A model generated the notes under the pieces. That model saw only the letters and a program-made list of their open reading frames with translations, had not been told where the DNA came from and did no database searches. This document shows, one piece after another, positions 9,653 to 20,262 of a DNA stretch of 57,637 nucleotides. The stretch comes from an uncultured Candidatus Saccharibacteria bacterium. GTDB taxonomy: Bacteria; Patescibacteriota; Minisyncoccia; Phycocordibacterales; UBA918. Numbering within the stretch: the first letter of the stretch is position 1; each line of letters starts with the position of its first letter. A program made the position numbers and the translations under genes. The stretch spans positions 14,465-72,101 of the forward strand of contig CAYXYJ010000007.1 of the NCBI GenBank assembly GCA_964469295.1, in the 5' to 3' direction.

Positions 9653-10054
9653 ATGTTTTTTACCTCGATTGACGCCTTAAAGCGAAAGCCAAAAGCCATT
9701 CGTCAACAGTATGCCTTCGTTGGTGCTTTGTTAATTACAGGGGTGATATCCGGAGTGTGGACGCTAACCTTACCAGCGCGATTTTCTCCAACGGTAGAAT
9801 TGGCTGATACCCAGGCCGCGACTGGGCCATTTGCGGGAATGTGGCAATCATTTCGTGATCGTTGGCAGACGATGCAAGATTCGGTGGCGGCTCTGCCAAT
9901 TGCTGCCGTAGCGACCAGCACCAGTAGTAGTACGACTGATATTGATATGTCGGTCGTGACCCATCCGACGACAACCATTCCTAAACCAACAACACCTGAT
10001 CCCGCGCCGGTGATGATTTTGATTGCAACGACGACTGATGCGGTTGGTGAGTAA
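9653..10054 (+). CDS. Hypothetical single-pass membrane protein with Thr/Pro-rich tail
   Basis: One TM segment and a low-complexity C-terminus; fills the gap before gyrA. Confidence 0.7.
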   Translation: MFFTSIDALKRKPKAIRQQYAFVGALLITGVISGVWTLTLPARFSPTVELADTQAATGPFAGMWQSFRDRWQTMQDSVAALPIAAVATSTSSSTTDIDMSVVTHPTTTIPKPTTPDPAPVMILIATTTDAVGE

Positions 10055-10074
10055 TACGTCGATTCAGTAAAATG

Positions 10075-10117
10075 GAACACAGCGCGGGGCGGCCGTAGGC
10101 CGCCCCGCGCTGTGTTC
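10075..10117. repeat. 20-bp-arm palindrome with C(GTA)G triloop
   Basis: GAACACAGCGCGGGGCGGCC-GTA-reverse complement. Confidence 0.9.
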
Positions 10118-10188
10118 ACCTTAAGCAAACCTTTGTGGTATACTAATACCCGTTATTATTCGTATTATCCTAGCTTCAAACGAGTTAT

Positions 10189-12660
10189 ATGCCGAAAAAG
10201 ACTGACAGTACCGAAACGATTCCCACACCAGAACGCGGTATCATGACCGAAGAAATCACTGGCGAAATGGAGCGAGCGTATTTGGACTACGCGATGTCCG
10301 TCATTACCTCACGCGCGCTTCCCGATATTCGTGACGGCTTAAAGCCCGTGCATCGCCGTATTTTATATTCAATGCGCTTAAACGGTTTGACAGCGAGTGC
10401 TAAATTTAAAAAATCAGCGACGGTGGTGGGAGATGTGCTTGGTAGTTTTCATCCGCATGGTGATGGCGCGGTGTATGAATCAATGGTGAAATTGGCGCAA
10501 CCGTTCGCGACCCGCTATCCATTGGTCTTGGGGCAAGGAAACTTTGGTTCGATTGATGGCGACGGAGCAGCGGCCTATCGATATACCGAGGCTAAAATGT
10601 CACGCATTGCCGAAGAAATGTTGCGCGATCTCGAAAAAGATACGGTTGACTGGCGTCCAAACTTTGATGGTACCAAAAAGGAACCAACCGTGTTGCCGGC
10701 GGCGGTACCGAATCTCCTCCTGATGGGATCACTTGGCATCGCGGTGGGAATGGCCACCAATATTCCGCCACATAACCTGCGGGAAATTGCCAGTGCCGTC
10801 GAACATCTGATTGATAATCCTGAGGCCACAACCGAAGATTTATTGAAATACATTAAAGGTCCCGATTTCCCTATGGGTGCAGTCGCCTTTAACCAGAAAG
10901 ATATTGTCCATGCCTACACACATGGACGGGGTGGGGTAACCGTGCGTGGTGAAGCAGAAATTATCGAAGACAAAAAAGGTAATTTCGCTATTGTCATTAC
11001 GTCAATTCCATTTCGAGTCAACAAAGCGGACATGCAAGAAAAAATCGCTGACTTGGTGCGCGAGAAAAAAATCGAAGGCATTCGTGAAATGCGTGATGAG
11101 TCAACGAGCGACATCCGCGTGGTGATTGAATTAAAGTCTGGCGCACAACCACAAACGGTATTGAACAAACTGTACAAACACACCCAACTGGAAGAAACGT
11201 TCCACTACAACATGGTGGCGCTTGTTGATGGCGTGCCACAAACAGTGTCCCTAAAATTGATTTTACAAGAGTATGTCAAACACCGGGCTGAAGTCGTCCG
11301 TCGCCGAACGCAATATGATTTAAATAAGGCCCAAGACCGCGAACACATTTTGCTTGGTCTTAAAAAAGCCCTCGATCATATTGATGCCATTATCAAATTG
11401 ATTCGTGCGGCCAAGGACGTCCCAACCGCGCATGCGGGACTGATGAAAGAATTCAAGTTTTCAGCCATTCAGGCGCAAGCGATTCTGGACATGCGTCTCC
11501 AAAAATTGGCTGGACTGGAACGGAAGAAAATTGAAGACGAATTAAAGGAGGTGCAGAAACTGATTAAAGAACTCGAGGCGATTTTAAAGAGTAAAGCCAA
11601 GATGCTCGGGTTGGTAAAATCGGAGTTACTTGAAGTCGCTCTGAAATACGGTGACGATCGTCGGACTAAAATTGTGAAAGGTGGCGTTAAAATGATGAGT
11701 CAAGAAGACCTTATTGCCGAAGAAGAAAGTGTTCTTGTTCTCACTGCTGGTGGCTACGTTAAACGAACCAATCCCGAAGAATACCGCGTCCAAAAGCGCG
11801 GTGGAGTGGGGGTTGTTGATCTTAACACTAAAGAAGAAGATGTGGTGACGAGTCTTATTACCACTTCCACACACAGTGATCTCTTGTTCTTTACCGATAA
11901 AGGAAAAGTATACCAAAGCAAAATGTATGAAATTCCTGAAGGCCGTCGCGCTACCAAAGGTAAGTCGATTATGAACTTTTTGTCGATGGCTCAAGATGAA
12001 CGAGTTACCTCGGTCTTGCCGGTGCGTAAAGATGAATGGGCTGGAGAATGGGGACTCATGATGGTGACGAGAAATGGTGTTGCGAAAAAATCTGACGCAG
12101 CGGCTTTCAAAGATGTGCGTCGGAGTGGACTCATTGCGATTACACTCAAAGATGATGATTCGTTGATTGCGGCTAAATTTGTCGGCAAAGGCGACGAGAT
12201 GTCGCTTGTGACGCGAAAAGGCCAAGCAATCCGGTTTAAAGAATCTGACGTGCGTGAAATGGGTCGTACGGCGGCTGGGGTGACAGCGATGAAACTCGGC
12301 AAAGGTGATGTGATTGTATCGGCTGATGTAATCAAAAAGGGCGAAAATAAAGCCGAAATTTTGGTTGTGACTGAAAATGGTTACGGTAAAACCTCGCCGG
12401 TAAAAGAATTCAAGGTGCAAAATCGTGGCGGGTCGGGGATTAAAGTGGCCAAAGTGACCGATAAAACCGGTGTGGTGGTGGGTGCGTGCGTGATTTTGGC
12501 TGAAGAACGCGGCGATGGGGAATTGGTCATCATGAGTAAAAAGGGCCAAGTGATCAAGTTACCATTCAAAGATGTGCCAACCCTGGGACGGGATACACAG
12601 GGTGTGCGAGTAATGAAAATGCGGGCCGGGGATGCGATTGCTTCGATTGTCTTCGTGTAA
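10189..12660 (+). CDS. gyrA: DNA gyrase subunit A
   Basis: [13 protein letters not shown] catalytic Tyr, GyrA-box-like QKRGGVG, beta-pinwheel repeats. Confidence 0.98.
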   Translation: MPKKTDSTETIPTPERGIMTEEITGEMERAYLDYAMSVITSRALPDIRDGLKPVHRRILYSMRLNGLTASAKFKKSATVVGDVLGSFHPHGDGAVYESMVKLAQPFATRYPLVLGQGNFGSIDGDGAAAYRYTEAKMSRIAEEMLRDLEKDTVDWRPNFDGTKKEPTVLPAAVPNLLLMGSLGIAVGMATNIPPHNLREIASAVEHLIDNPEATTEDLLKYIKGPDFPMGAVAFNQKDIVHAYTHGRGGVTVRGEAEIIEDKKGNFAIVITSIPFRVNKADMQEKIADLVREKKIEGIREMRDESTSDIRVVIELKSGAQPQTVLNKLYKHTQLEETFHYNMVALVDGVPQTVSLKLILQEYVKHRAEVVRRRTQYDLNKAQDREHILLGLKKALDHIDAIIKLIRAAKDVPTAHAGLMKEFKFSAIQAQAILDMRLQKLAGLERKKIEDELKEVQKLIKELEAILKSKAKMLGLVKSELLEVALKYGDDRRTKIVKGGVKMMSQEDLIAEEESVLVLTAGGYVKRTNPEEYRVQKRGGVGVVDLNTKEEDVVTSLITTSTHSDLLFFTDKGKVYQSKMYEIPEGRRATKGKSIMNFLSMAQDERVTSVLPVRKDEWAGEWGLMMVTRNGVAKKSDAAAFKDVRRSGLIAITLKDDDSLIAAKFVGKGDEMSLVTRKGQAIRFKESDVREMGRTAAGVTAMKLGKGDVIVSADVIKKGENKAEILVVTENGYGKTSPVKEFKVQNRGGSGIKVAKVTDKTGVVVGACVILAEERGDGELVIMSKKGQVIKLPFKDVPTLGRDTQGVRVMKMRAGDAIASIVFV

Positions 12661-12679
12661 AATATTGTATACAGAAACT

Positions 12680-12718
12680 GAAAGCGGGGGGGGCGGCCTA
12701 CGGCCGCCCCCCGCTTTC
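12680..12718. terminator. GC-rich hairpin after gyrA (GTA triloop on the minus strand)
   Basis: GAAAGC(G)8CGGCC-TAC-GGCCG(C)6GCTTTC followed by a T-rich run. Confidence 0.7.
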
Positions 12719-12775
12719 GTTTTTCATCCCCATCACGTTTACCAAAAGTCTATCTTAAACGATATACTTAGTACT

Positions 12776-13324
12776 ATGGAAACTGTTACGATTCCGCGTT
12801 TTCTCTCACCAAAATATGTGTCGTCACATATTCATGCCCGTCCGGGCGATGTGGTGGCTGATTATGGTGCTGGTGCTGGGGCGTTTCTTAAACCGCTTGC
12901 CGAAAAAGTTGGTACGACCGGGCGCCTGGTATGTTGTGATATTGATCAGGCGGCAGTTGAGCGGTTGGGTCGTATGGTGCGCCAACAAGGATTATCACAG
13001 GTAGATGTGCTATGGTGCGATCTTGAGACGCCACAGTCAATACGCATTCCGGACGAATCACTCGATATCGCATTGCTTGTTAATACGTTATATCAGTGTG
13101 CCGATCGCGAGACGGTGATTGAACAAGTGCATCGAACCGTGAGACCAGGAGCAGTGGTGTATGTTGTTGATTGGGCTGACTCTTTTTCTGGAGTTGGTCC
13201 GACAGCGGCTGATGTGGTATACAAAGACGTCATGGTTGATTTATTTGAATCACAGTGTTTTGTGCTGGAACGCGAATATCCAGCTGGGCATTTTCATTAC
13301 GGGTTAGCTTTTCGACGACTATGA
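12776..13324 (+). CDS. Class I SAM-dependent methyltransferase
   Basis: VADYGAGAG motif I; DI, SLDIALLVNTLY. Confidence 0.85.
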   Translation: METVTIPRFLSPKYVSSHIHARPGDVVADYGAGAGAFLKPLAEKVGTTGRLVCCDIDQAAVERLGRMVRQQGLSQVDVLWCDLETPQSIRIPDESLDIALLVNTLYQCADRETVIEQVHRTVRPGAVVYVVDWADSFSGVGPTAADVVYKDVMVDLFESQCFVLEREYPAGHFHYGLAFRRL

Positions 13325-14622
13325 TGAATCTTCGACCGTTTCAGCTCGCATTGCTTGTCGGTTTCGGGTTACTTGGTTTATTGGGGCTTGGTTTATTGGC
13401 TGGCTATCGACCAACGTCTGAAGACACCGGTCCTGCAATCGGGCAGGTGGATATTTGGGGTACGCTTGAGGCTGCGGCGTTCAATGCCACGTTACGACCA
13501 TACGTTGAATCTTCTTCGGCGTATGGCAATATTCGCTATACACAAGTCAAAGCAGAAACGTTTGAAAACGATTTGTTGAATGCCTTGGCCGAGAATCGTG
13601 GTCCGGATTTATTACTGATTCCACACGAAGAACTTGTGTTGTATCGCACGAAATTACAACCAATTTCCTATGATTCATTCTCGCAACGGGATTTCAAAAA
13701 TTTATATATTGATGGCGCTGAAATATTTGCCCTGCAAGATGGGCTCTATGCATTCCCAATTGCGATCGATCCGCTCGTCATGTATTGGAATCGTGATATT
13801 TTAGCCACGAAAAACATCATTACGGCTCCGTCGACGTGGGAAAGTGTTGTATCTACTATCGTGCCAACGTTTGTAGAGCGTGATTTTAATAGAAATGTCA
13901 GCCGTAGCCCAATTGCCTTTGGCGAATACCGAAATGTCAAAAATGCAGCTGCCATTTTATCTATGTTGACGATTCAGGGTGGCAGTCAATTGGTAACCGA
14001 AGGACGTGAAAATACTTATCAAGTAGCATTAAATACAAGCGCCAATAGCACTCGACCATTGGAATCAGCCCTGACTTTCTATACTAATTTTGCAAGTCCG
14101 AGCAACCCATTGTATACCTGGAACCGTTCCAAATCACTTGATCGTGATGGGTTCTTGGCTGGTGATGTAATCTTGTATTTTGGTAAAGGCAGTGAAGCCA
14201 CGTATTTGGCCCAACAAAATCCTAACCTCAATTTTGATATTGCCGAAGTACCACAAGGTGCCACCGCCACCACCCGTCGCACGTATGGATCGTTTTATGG
14301 GCTAGCCTTACTGCGGGCTTCTGATAACAAAAACGGTGCGTACACGGTAATGCAATTGGTGGGAAGTAGTGATTTTGTCAATGCGTATGCCACCCGATTA
14401 GGCATGGCGCCAACGTACCGTTCGTTATTGTTGGCCGGCAGCAACGATACCTATGGTAGAATAATATACAGAGCTGCTGTTGTGGCTCGTGGTTGGTTGT
14501 CGCCCAAACCGGCATCAGTTGACAGTATCTTTACCCAAATGGTAGAAGATGTACTTGCTAACCGGACTCGCCCGACTGGCGCAGCCAGTGATGCTGTTGG
14601 GCGATTAGGACAAGCGTATTAA
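13321..14622 (+). CDS. Membrane-anchored extracellular solute-binding protein (sugar ABC family 1-like)
   Basis: N-terminal TM, IWG, GPDL, YAFPIAIDPLVMYWNRD, FDIAEVPQ. Confidence 0.85.
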   Translation: MMNLRPFQLALLVGFGLLGLLGLGLLAGYRPTSEDTGPAIGQVDIWGTLEAAAFNATLRPYVESSSAYGNIRYTQVKAETFENDLLNALAENRGPDLLLIPHEELVLYRTKLQPISYDSFSQRDFKNLYIDGAEIFALQDGLYAFPIAIDPLVMYWNRDILATKNIITAPSTWESVVSTIVPTFVERDFNRNVSRSPIAFGEYRNVKNAAAILSMLTIQGGSQLVTEGRENTYQVALNTSANSTRPLESALTFYTNFASPSNPLYTWNRSKSLDRDGFLAGDVILYFGKGSEATYLAQQNPNLNFDIAEVPQGATATTRRTYGSFYGLALLRASDNKNGAYTVMQLVGSSDFVNAYATRLGMAPTYRSLLLAGSNDTYGRIIYRAAVVARGWLSPKPASVDSIFTQMVEDVLANRTRPTGAASDAVGRLGQAY

Positions 14623-14627
14623 TTTTT

Positions 14628-15020
14628 ATGAAAACTCTATTTTTTTACATGTTATTAAGTTTTGTCCTTTCTGTGAACGCTGTGTATGCGTTAGAGAATC
14701 CAGGAACTGGCGGGGGAGGTGTTGGTAGTGGCTATACTGGTCCCACAACCGAAACCGTCACCCTCGAAAACCCCCTCAACAACATCAATTCCCTCGAAGA
14801 ACTGTTGGTCGCCATGCTCGATATCTTTATGACACTGATGATTCCTATCATTGTGTTCTTTATTATCTACGCCGGGTTCCGCTATGTGACTGCCCAAGGT
14901 AATCCTGGCAAAATCGAAGAAGCGACCACCACTTTTATGTACGCGGTTATTGGAGGTGTCCTTATATTAGCTGCGGTCGCCATTGCCGAAATTATCAAAA
15001 ATACCGTCGCTGCATTTTAA
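14628..15020 (+). CDS. CPR pilin-like protein (TrbC/VirB2-like)
   Basis: Signal peptide, LENPL, IIYAGFRYVTAQGNPGKIEEA, YAVIG two-TM pattern. Confidence 0.8.
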   Translation: MKTLFFYMLLSFVLSVNAVYALENPGTGGGGVGSGYTGPTTETVTLENPLNNINSLEELLVAMLDIFMTLMIPIIVFFIIYAGFRYVTAQGNPGKIEEATTTFMYAVIGGVLILAAVAIAEIIKNTVAAF

Positions 15021-15023
15021 GGT

Positions 15024-15278
15024 ATGACTCCGCGTACTCCCACAGACTTTGCCGATTTGATGAATTTTTTTATTGAATTCATCAATCTCATTATTGGGGC
15101 AATTTTTGCGCTGACGTTTTTGGTACTCATTTGGAAGTTGATTGATGCGTGGATTTTACATGTTGACGATGCCGGAAAGCGTGAAGAAGGAAAAACCATT
15201 GCGATTACCGCAGTCATTGTCATGATGATTATGCTATCGATTTGGGGTATTCTCAGTCTCTTGCGGAATTCAATCTAA
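15024..15278 (+). CDS. CPR pilin-like protein
   Basis: Two TM segments with a DAGKREEGK loop. Confidence 0.75.
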   Translation: MTPRTPTDFADLMNFFIEFINLIIGAIFALTFLVLIWKLIDAWILHVDDAGKREEGKTIAITAVIVMMIMLSIWGILSLLRNSI

Positions 15279-15317
15279 GTAACAAAAGGGTAGGGTTCTC
15301 ATTAACTTATCAGTTCT

Positions 15318-15385
15318 TATCCCTTCACTACATATTCGTAATGTAGTCGCTTGGCAGGGAATGGAGAATATGTAGTGAAGGGATA
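15318..15385. repeat. 20-bp perfect inverted repeat around a 28-nt spacer
   Basis: TATCCCTTCACTACATATTC (15318-15337) and GAATATGTAGTGAAGGGATA (15366-15385). Confidence 0.9.
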
Positions 15386-15475
15386 GGTGTCATCTTATCC
15401 CCATATTTACTCGGTATATTGAAAAAAGTCTTATTTTACGGTATACTAGCATCATTGTTATAAATTTGAATAATT

Positions 15476-15865
15476 ATGAATAAAATCTTTTCTTTTCTGT
15501 TCGCTTTCGCAATCATGGTTCCGTTTGTAGCTGGCGCTGCAGGTCAAGGTATTTTGGGTGGTGAAACTGGTACAAATAATGATCTCGGTATGTTTTTGGA
15601 AAACGTACTGACGTTTGTTAATGAAATTATCATTCCATTTATCTTGGGTATCGGTTTCCTTTTCTTTGTCTGGGGAATGTTTCAGTACTTTATCCGTGGT
15701 GGTCATAGTGATGAAGCGAAAGAATCAGGAAAATCACTTATTGTGTATGCACTCGCTGGTTTTGTTCTGATTTTTGCTTTCTGGGGTATCATCAATCTGC
15801 TTGTTGGTGCCGTTGGTAATGAAGAGTTGAAAGAAACGATTCCATCTGCAAATCTCATTGAATAA
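15476..15865 (+). CDS. CPR pilin-like protein
   Basis: Signal peptide, FFVWGMFQYFIRGG.SDEAKESGKSLIVYALAG. Confidence 0.8.
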   Translation: MNKIFSFLFAFAIMVPFVAGAAGQGILGGETGTNNDLGMFLENVLTFVNEIIIPFILGIGFLFFVWGMFQYFIRGGHSDEAKESGKSLIVYALAGFVLIFAFWGIINLLVGAVGNEELKETIPSANLIE

Positions 15866-15870
15866 TCAAT

Positions 15871-15918
15871 TCACCAAAAACAAAAAACACCCTAACGGGT
15901 GTTTTTTGTTTTTGGTGA
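15871..15918. terminator. 22-bp hairpin, likely terminator
   Basis: TCACCAAAAACAAAAAACACCC-taac-reverse complement. Confidence 0.75.
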
Positions 15919-15936
15919 TGATATACTGGTACCATT

Positions 15937-16308
15937 ATGTCGTTTCTAAATGTGGCACATGCTCAAGTATCTCCGGGAGTGACAGAAGCGGCGGAATTTG
16001 TGGCGCGAGTGAACGAGACGTTTTTGTTTCCGTTAATTGCTTTTTTAACCGCATTGGCGTTGTTGTATTTTATGTACGGCGCTTTCCTCTATATCATTCA
16101 CGCTGATGATAGTCACGCTCGGGAAGAAGGACGACGCCATATCATGTGGAGCATCATTGGCATGCTCATTATGTTGATTGCCTATACGATTTTATCAATT
16201 GCCGCGGGAACTATTGGTGTTGAAGACGAATTAGATTGTGCTAATGATCCCACTGCTGCTAATTGTGCTGGACGGGCAAGTCGTGACCTTGGATCATTTA
16301 ATCCTTAG
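15937..16308 (+). CDS. CPR pilin-like protein
   Basis: YFMYGAFLYIIHADDSHAREEGRRHIMWSIIG; C-terminal Cys pair. Confidence 0.8.
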   Translation: MSFLNVAHAQVSPGVTEAAEFVARVNETFLFPLIAFLTALALLYFMYGAFLYIIHADDSHAREEGRRHIMWSIIGMLIMLIAYTILSIAAGTIGVEDELDCANDPTAANCAGRASRDLGSFNP

Positions 16309-16465
16309 TTGATATTGTTGGTACCAGAATTTTGGTGATTTTTTAATATTTTTAATAAAAGTATATAAAAGAAAACCCCCGCATAAAGGCGGAGGCTGGG
16401 GTGTTAACCTCAAAGAACAAGAGATTTGGTCGGGCGGGTGCATGAAGCATCCCGCCCGCAAACCA

Positions 16466-17209
16466 CTAGCACGTGGCTGGACGACGCCTTGCCTCAACGG
16501 TGAAGATGAGGGTGGTGTCGTCCGGATGAGGGACGAGATTGATGGTCTGCCAGGGGTTCGTCTCCGGACCGATAGGAATCAATCTCGGAGGAAGTCCTGA
16601 CGCTGGTGTCACATAGATGCACGTGTATTCGGTAGTGATTCGAAAATTCGTGCCGCCAGCCGAGATCTGTCCGGTCTTGATATCGCCAGCTCGTAGGTCA
16701 TAGGTCATGTACTGACCCCATCCCTCTGTTCTGGCTATTGGGGAGATTTGGTTCGGGATGACCTGCTCTAGCATGGCCCCCAGGCCTTCTTCCCGACCCA
16801 TGGCGATGGCTTCTGCCGCCCTTTCCGGCTTGTTGAAGGCCAGATAGACGAACGACACTACCATGATGGCGACGAGGAATCGCTTCCCCTTGCTGATAGC
16901 GAGTAGGAAGAGTCCCAAGAGCACCATCGTGACCGCCACCATCTGGTAGGCCCCGCCGATGGAGCTGATCCAGTTACGCCCCCAGATGATCATGAGGATC
17001 ATGATCCCCAGGATGGTCCCGTAGATGGTCAAGAGGCCCCAAGACAGCGGTGCCTTCAGGGTGTTGAGCACCGCTGTTGTCTTGCTCGTCGTGGTGGTGG
17101 TCGGCGGGACAGGAACCGTCCCGCCGACCCTCTTAACGGGCCGTTTCTTCATCAGTTGCGGTGTCGTAAACAACGCGACGACCGCCAGAAAAAGAAGAAT
17201 GTACCCCAT
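16466..17209 (-). CDS. Hypothetical multi-pass membrane protein with extracellular C-terminal domain
   Basis: Four hydrophobic segments; SD AAGGAG overlapping the upstream stop; GC-rich codons. Confidence 0.75.
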   Translation of the reverse strand: MGYILLFLAVVALFTTPQLMKKRPVKRVGGTVPVPPTTTTTSKTTAVLNTLKAPLSWGLLTIYGTILGIMILMIIWGRNWISSIGGAYQMVAVTMVLLGLFLLAISKGKRFLVAIMVVSFVYLAFNKPERAAEAIAMGREEGLGAMLEQVIPNQISPIARTEGWGQYMTYDLRAGDIKTGQISAGGTNFRITTEYTCIYVTPASGLPPRLIPIGPETNPWQTINLVPHPDDTTLIFTVEARRRPATC

Positions 17210-17215
17210 TCGTTG

Positions 17216-18403
17216 TTACTCCTTTTTGGGGGGGAGAGCGGCTTTGGCAAGACCGATCAGCTGGCTGATGCCGTCGGCACCAACCACGATGGTATTTCCT
17301 TTGTCGCCGATAGCACGGGCGGTTTCGGCCGCCAGTACCTGTTCACCAGCTTTCACTGCTTGGACGTCCTTGGCCATTTGTTTCAGACCAACTGCGCGGC
17401 CAACCAAGGTTTCTTGTTCCAGGGCGCGAGCGGCCGTAGCAGTACCGTCGCCCTCGAGAATCAGCTTCTGCTTCTCAGCTTCAGCGGTACGGATCTTGGC
17501 AGCCGCAGCGAAGGTCGCTTCTGCGACGCCGGTGATGGCGTCGTTGAGACCGCGATTGAAGGTAATCGGCTTGATTGCCGCTCCCTCGAGATCGATACCC
17601 CATTCTTCCGAGTGACCGTCGTCGTCTGCTTTGATGCGCAAACAGACTTTTCTGAAGAGAACAGCGTTGATCCAGGCGATATTACGTTGTGCCTGGGCCA
17701 CTGTGATCTGCGCCAAGATGGTATTCAAGGCAATGACCTGTTCGTCCTCAATTTGCCGAAAGACCTCGTCGATTCGATCGCCGTCCTCCGCGGGAGGAAT
17801 GGCGATGGTGAATCTGACGGCATCCATGATGCGGTAACGGCTGATGTGTGGAACCTCAGCCGTGACCCGTGAGTTGGCGAGACCGTCGTCGGTTTGCTCA
17901 ACATCGGCCACAAAAGTAGGCGAGGCCTTATTGACCGTGACCGAGAAAAAATCACCAAATACTTTCTTGGCATCAGCTTCGCTGATGGGATTGGCCGCAA
18001 AGGTGATCCGCAGCGGCGGCACCATGCCAGCCGGTGCCTCCTCCTTGTCCTCTTTGCGCGGACGGAAGATTTTTTCCGGTTCTGCGGGGAACTCCCGTTG
18101 CAGGGTCGCGGTCGAGTAGCGGATGATCTCCACTATGCCAAGTGGCGCGAAGACAGGACCGGAACCGACCGTATCGAACGGTCGACCGAGAATGACTCGC
18201 ACCCCCTGTTGGTCGGGTCCGACGGGATCCCAGATCCGAAATCCGGACAGGATGTACCCCGCCGCGAACACCACCCAGAGCCACTTCGGCTCCAGGCCGA
18301 AGATCGGTGCCAGGCCCATCAGAGCGATGGCCACGAACACCATCACACTGATACCGATGAACCATCCCAGGAGGATGGCAGTCTTCGATTTCATCTTTGC
18401 CAT
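17216..18403 (-). CDS. SPFH/band-7 (stomatin/HflC-like) membrane protein
   Basis: N-terminal TMs, GVRVILGR, WGIDL..AAIK, Ala-rich coiled coil AEAEKQKLILEG. Confidence 0.8.
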   Translation of the reverse strand: MAKMKSKTAILLGWFIGISVMVFVAIALMGLAPIFGLEPKWLWVVFAAGYILSGFRIWDPVGPDQQGVRVILGRPFDTVGSGPVFAPLGIVEIIRYSTATLQREFPAEPEKIFRPRKEDKEEAPAGMVPPLRITFAANPISEADAKKVFGDFFSVTVNKASPTFVADVEQTDDGLANSRVTAEVPHISRYRIMDAVRFTIAIPPAEDGDRIDEVFRQIEDEQVIALNTILAQITVAQAQRNIAWINAVLFRKVCLRIKADDDGHSEEWGIDLEGAAIKPITFNRGLNDAITGVAEATFAAAAKIRTAEAEKQKLILEGDGTATAARALEQETLVGRAVGLKQMAKDVQAVKAGEQVLAAETARAIGDKGNTIVVGADGISQLIGLAKAALPPKKE

Positions 18404-18679
18404 CTTTTTATCCTTTCGAGTTGTCAAAGTGGCTCGTTGCCGCTGCTGTTTTTATGGGGAGTATACCCCGGTTTGTCGATGGATGTTGTCCATGGAGAAG
18501 TCGACGCACACTGCCCCCATTCCATTTACTATCATATCATATTTAGTCAAAAAAGTCAAGTTTTTAACACTTCAAATAACCTTATTAAATAAGGTTAAAA
18601 TTGATATTTATTGTGATATTTACCGTGTTTTGACTGTTACTTTTTTGATTGTGTGGTAGGATAATGGACATCATTTTCT

Positions 18680-19726
18680 ATGAATCAAGCTATGAGTGCT
18701 CAGAAAAAGCCGGTGGTGTCTCGTGAAGATATGCGGGCAATTGTGGCAAATGACACACGTCCTCGAACGACGTTGTCGTTTTATCGATATGTGCATATCG
18801 CAGATCCCGTACTTTTTCGTCAGCGATTAATGGACGCATTTGGTCGATTTGAATGTTTGGGACGGATTTATATTGCGCATGAAGGTGTCAATGCGCAAAT
18901 GAATGTGCCAACAGAGCATTTTGCTGCACTCGATACGTGGATTCAGAATCAGTCAGAATTAAACGGGACTCCATATAAAATCGCAGTCGAAGAAAAAGGC
19001 TTTTCTTCATTTTACAAATTAACTGTGAAAGTAAAGCAAAAAATTGTGGCTGATGGACTTGATGACACCTCATTTGATGTGACGAATACTGGGGCCTATC
19101 TGACTGCTGAGGAAATGAATGCGTATATTGATGATCCTGATGCGGTGGTGGTGGATATGCGTAATGCCTACGAAAGTGAGGTCGGACATTTTGAAAAGGC
19201 GATTTTGCCACAAGTTGATACATTCCGTGAGGAGTTGGCTGTGTCGCCTGAATTATTGAAAGTCCATAAAAATAAAAAAATTGCCCTCTATTGTACCGGC
19301 GGTATTCGGTGTGAAAAAGCCAGCGCCTGGTTAAAACACAATGGCTTTACTGATGTCAGACACTTAAAGGGGGGTATTATTGACTATGCGCATCAAGTGA
19401 AAGAAAAGGGTCTCCCCAACAAATTCCACGGCACAAATTTTGTGTTTGATGAGCGATTGTCGGAACGAATTGGTGACGATATTATTTCCCGTTGTCATTT
19501 GTGTCGCGCGGCCAAAAGTGACACTCATTATCACTGTAAAAACCAAATTTGCCACGTGTTGTATATTGGCTGTGACGCGTGTGTAAAAAAGCGTGACGGC
19601 TATTGTTCAACCTGGTGTGCGGTGACAGATCGGTTGCCGGCCACTTATAAAAAAGCCTACGCTCGCTTTCATAATCGATATTTTCGCCCTGCGCAGTTTA
19701 AAAAGGCTCGTCTAAAAGCGTCGTAA
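18680..19726 (+). CDS. trhO: Rhodanese-domain tRNA uridine(34) hydroxylase TrhO/YceA-like
   Basis: GRIYIAHEGVN, DMRNAYESEVGHF, YCTGGIRCEKAS, FVFDER. Confidence 0.9.
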   Translation: MNQAMSAQKKPVVSREDMRAIVANDTRPRTTLSFYRYVHIADPVLFRQRLMDAFGRFECLGRIYIAHEGVNAQMNVPTEHFAALDTWIQNQSELNGTPYKIAVEEKGFSSFYKLTVKVKQKIVADGLDDTSFDVTNTGAYLTAEEMNAYIDDPDAVVVDMRNAYESEVGHFEKAILPQVDTFREELAVSPELLKVHKNKKIALYCTGGIRCEKASAWLKHNGFTDVRHLKGGIIDYAHQVKEKGLPNKFHGTNFVFDERLSERIGDDIISRCHLCRAAKSDTHYHCKNQICHVLYIGCDACVKKRDGYCSTWCAVTDRLPATYKKAYARFHNRYFRPAQFKKARLKAS

Positions 19727-19745
19727 ATTTGGTTGGAACAAATTG

Positions 19746-20165
19746 CTATTGCTTCGACATATGGTCGACAGCGATTTTCGTGGCGTCCTGGATGTGTTTA
19801 AAACGGTCGCCCATTAATTTAATGCCACCAAACCATCTGGTGACACAAATCACGCCATTGCGAACATCATGCTTTTGCATAAGACGGAGAATTACCATAC
19901 CGGCACCCGTTTCACCATCATCGCTTTTGGTTTCGTAAATAACGCCGTCGTGCTCGATCCGGGCTGCGTATGAATTGTGATCAGCACGGGCATACGCTTT
20001 GTCTTTTTTGAGGGTGACAAGGAAATTTTTGATATCGTCGCGGTTATGCACTAATCCATAACTGAGACTATACCGACTGCCGCGATCTTCGATAATGTGT
20101 TCGAGTTGTGTGAATGCTGTCGTTGGGACAAGGCCATCGCCAAACGCAAACGGAGAAGTGGACAT
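19746..20165 (-). CDS. YigZ/IMPACT family protein (N-terminal domain only)
   Basis: ADHNSYAARI, SDDGETGAG, VTRWFGGIKL. Confidence 0.9.
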   Translation of the reverse strand: MSTSPFAFGDGLVPTTAFTQLEHIIEDRGSRYSLSYGLVHNRDDIKNFLVTLKKDKAYARADHNSYAARIEHDGVIYETKSDDGETGAGMVILRLMQKHDVRNGVICVTRWFGGIKLMGDRFKHIQDATKIAVDHMSKQ

Positions 20166-20262
20166 GAAATGAGTATAGCAAACGATTACAGAGTCGTCCT
20201 ACCTATTCGGTAGGGCGGTTGTGCGCCATGCGTCCGTCGGTCAAAAGCCAACGAGTCAATTT

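Noticed and set aside
16309-18600. SPFH region as a discrete mobile element
   Set aside because: No flanking direct repeats, integrase or transposase were found, so only the compositional difference is reported.
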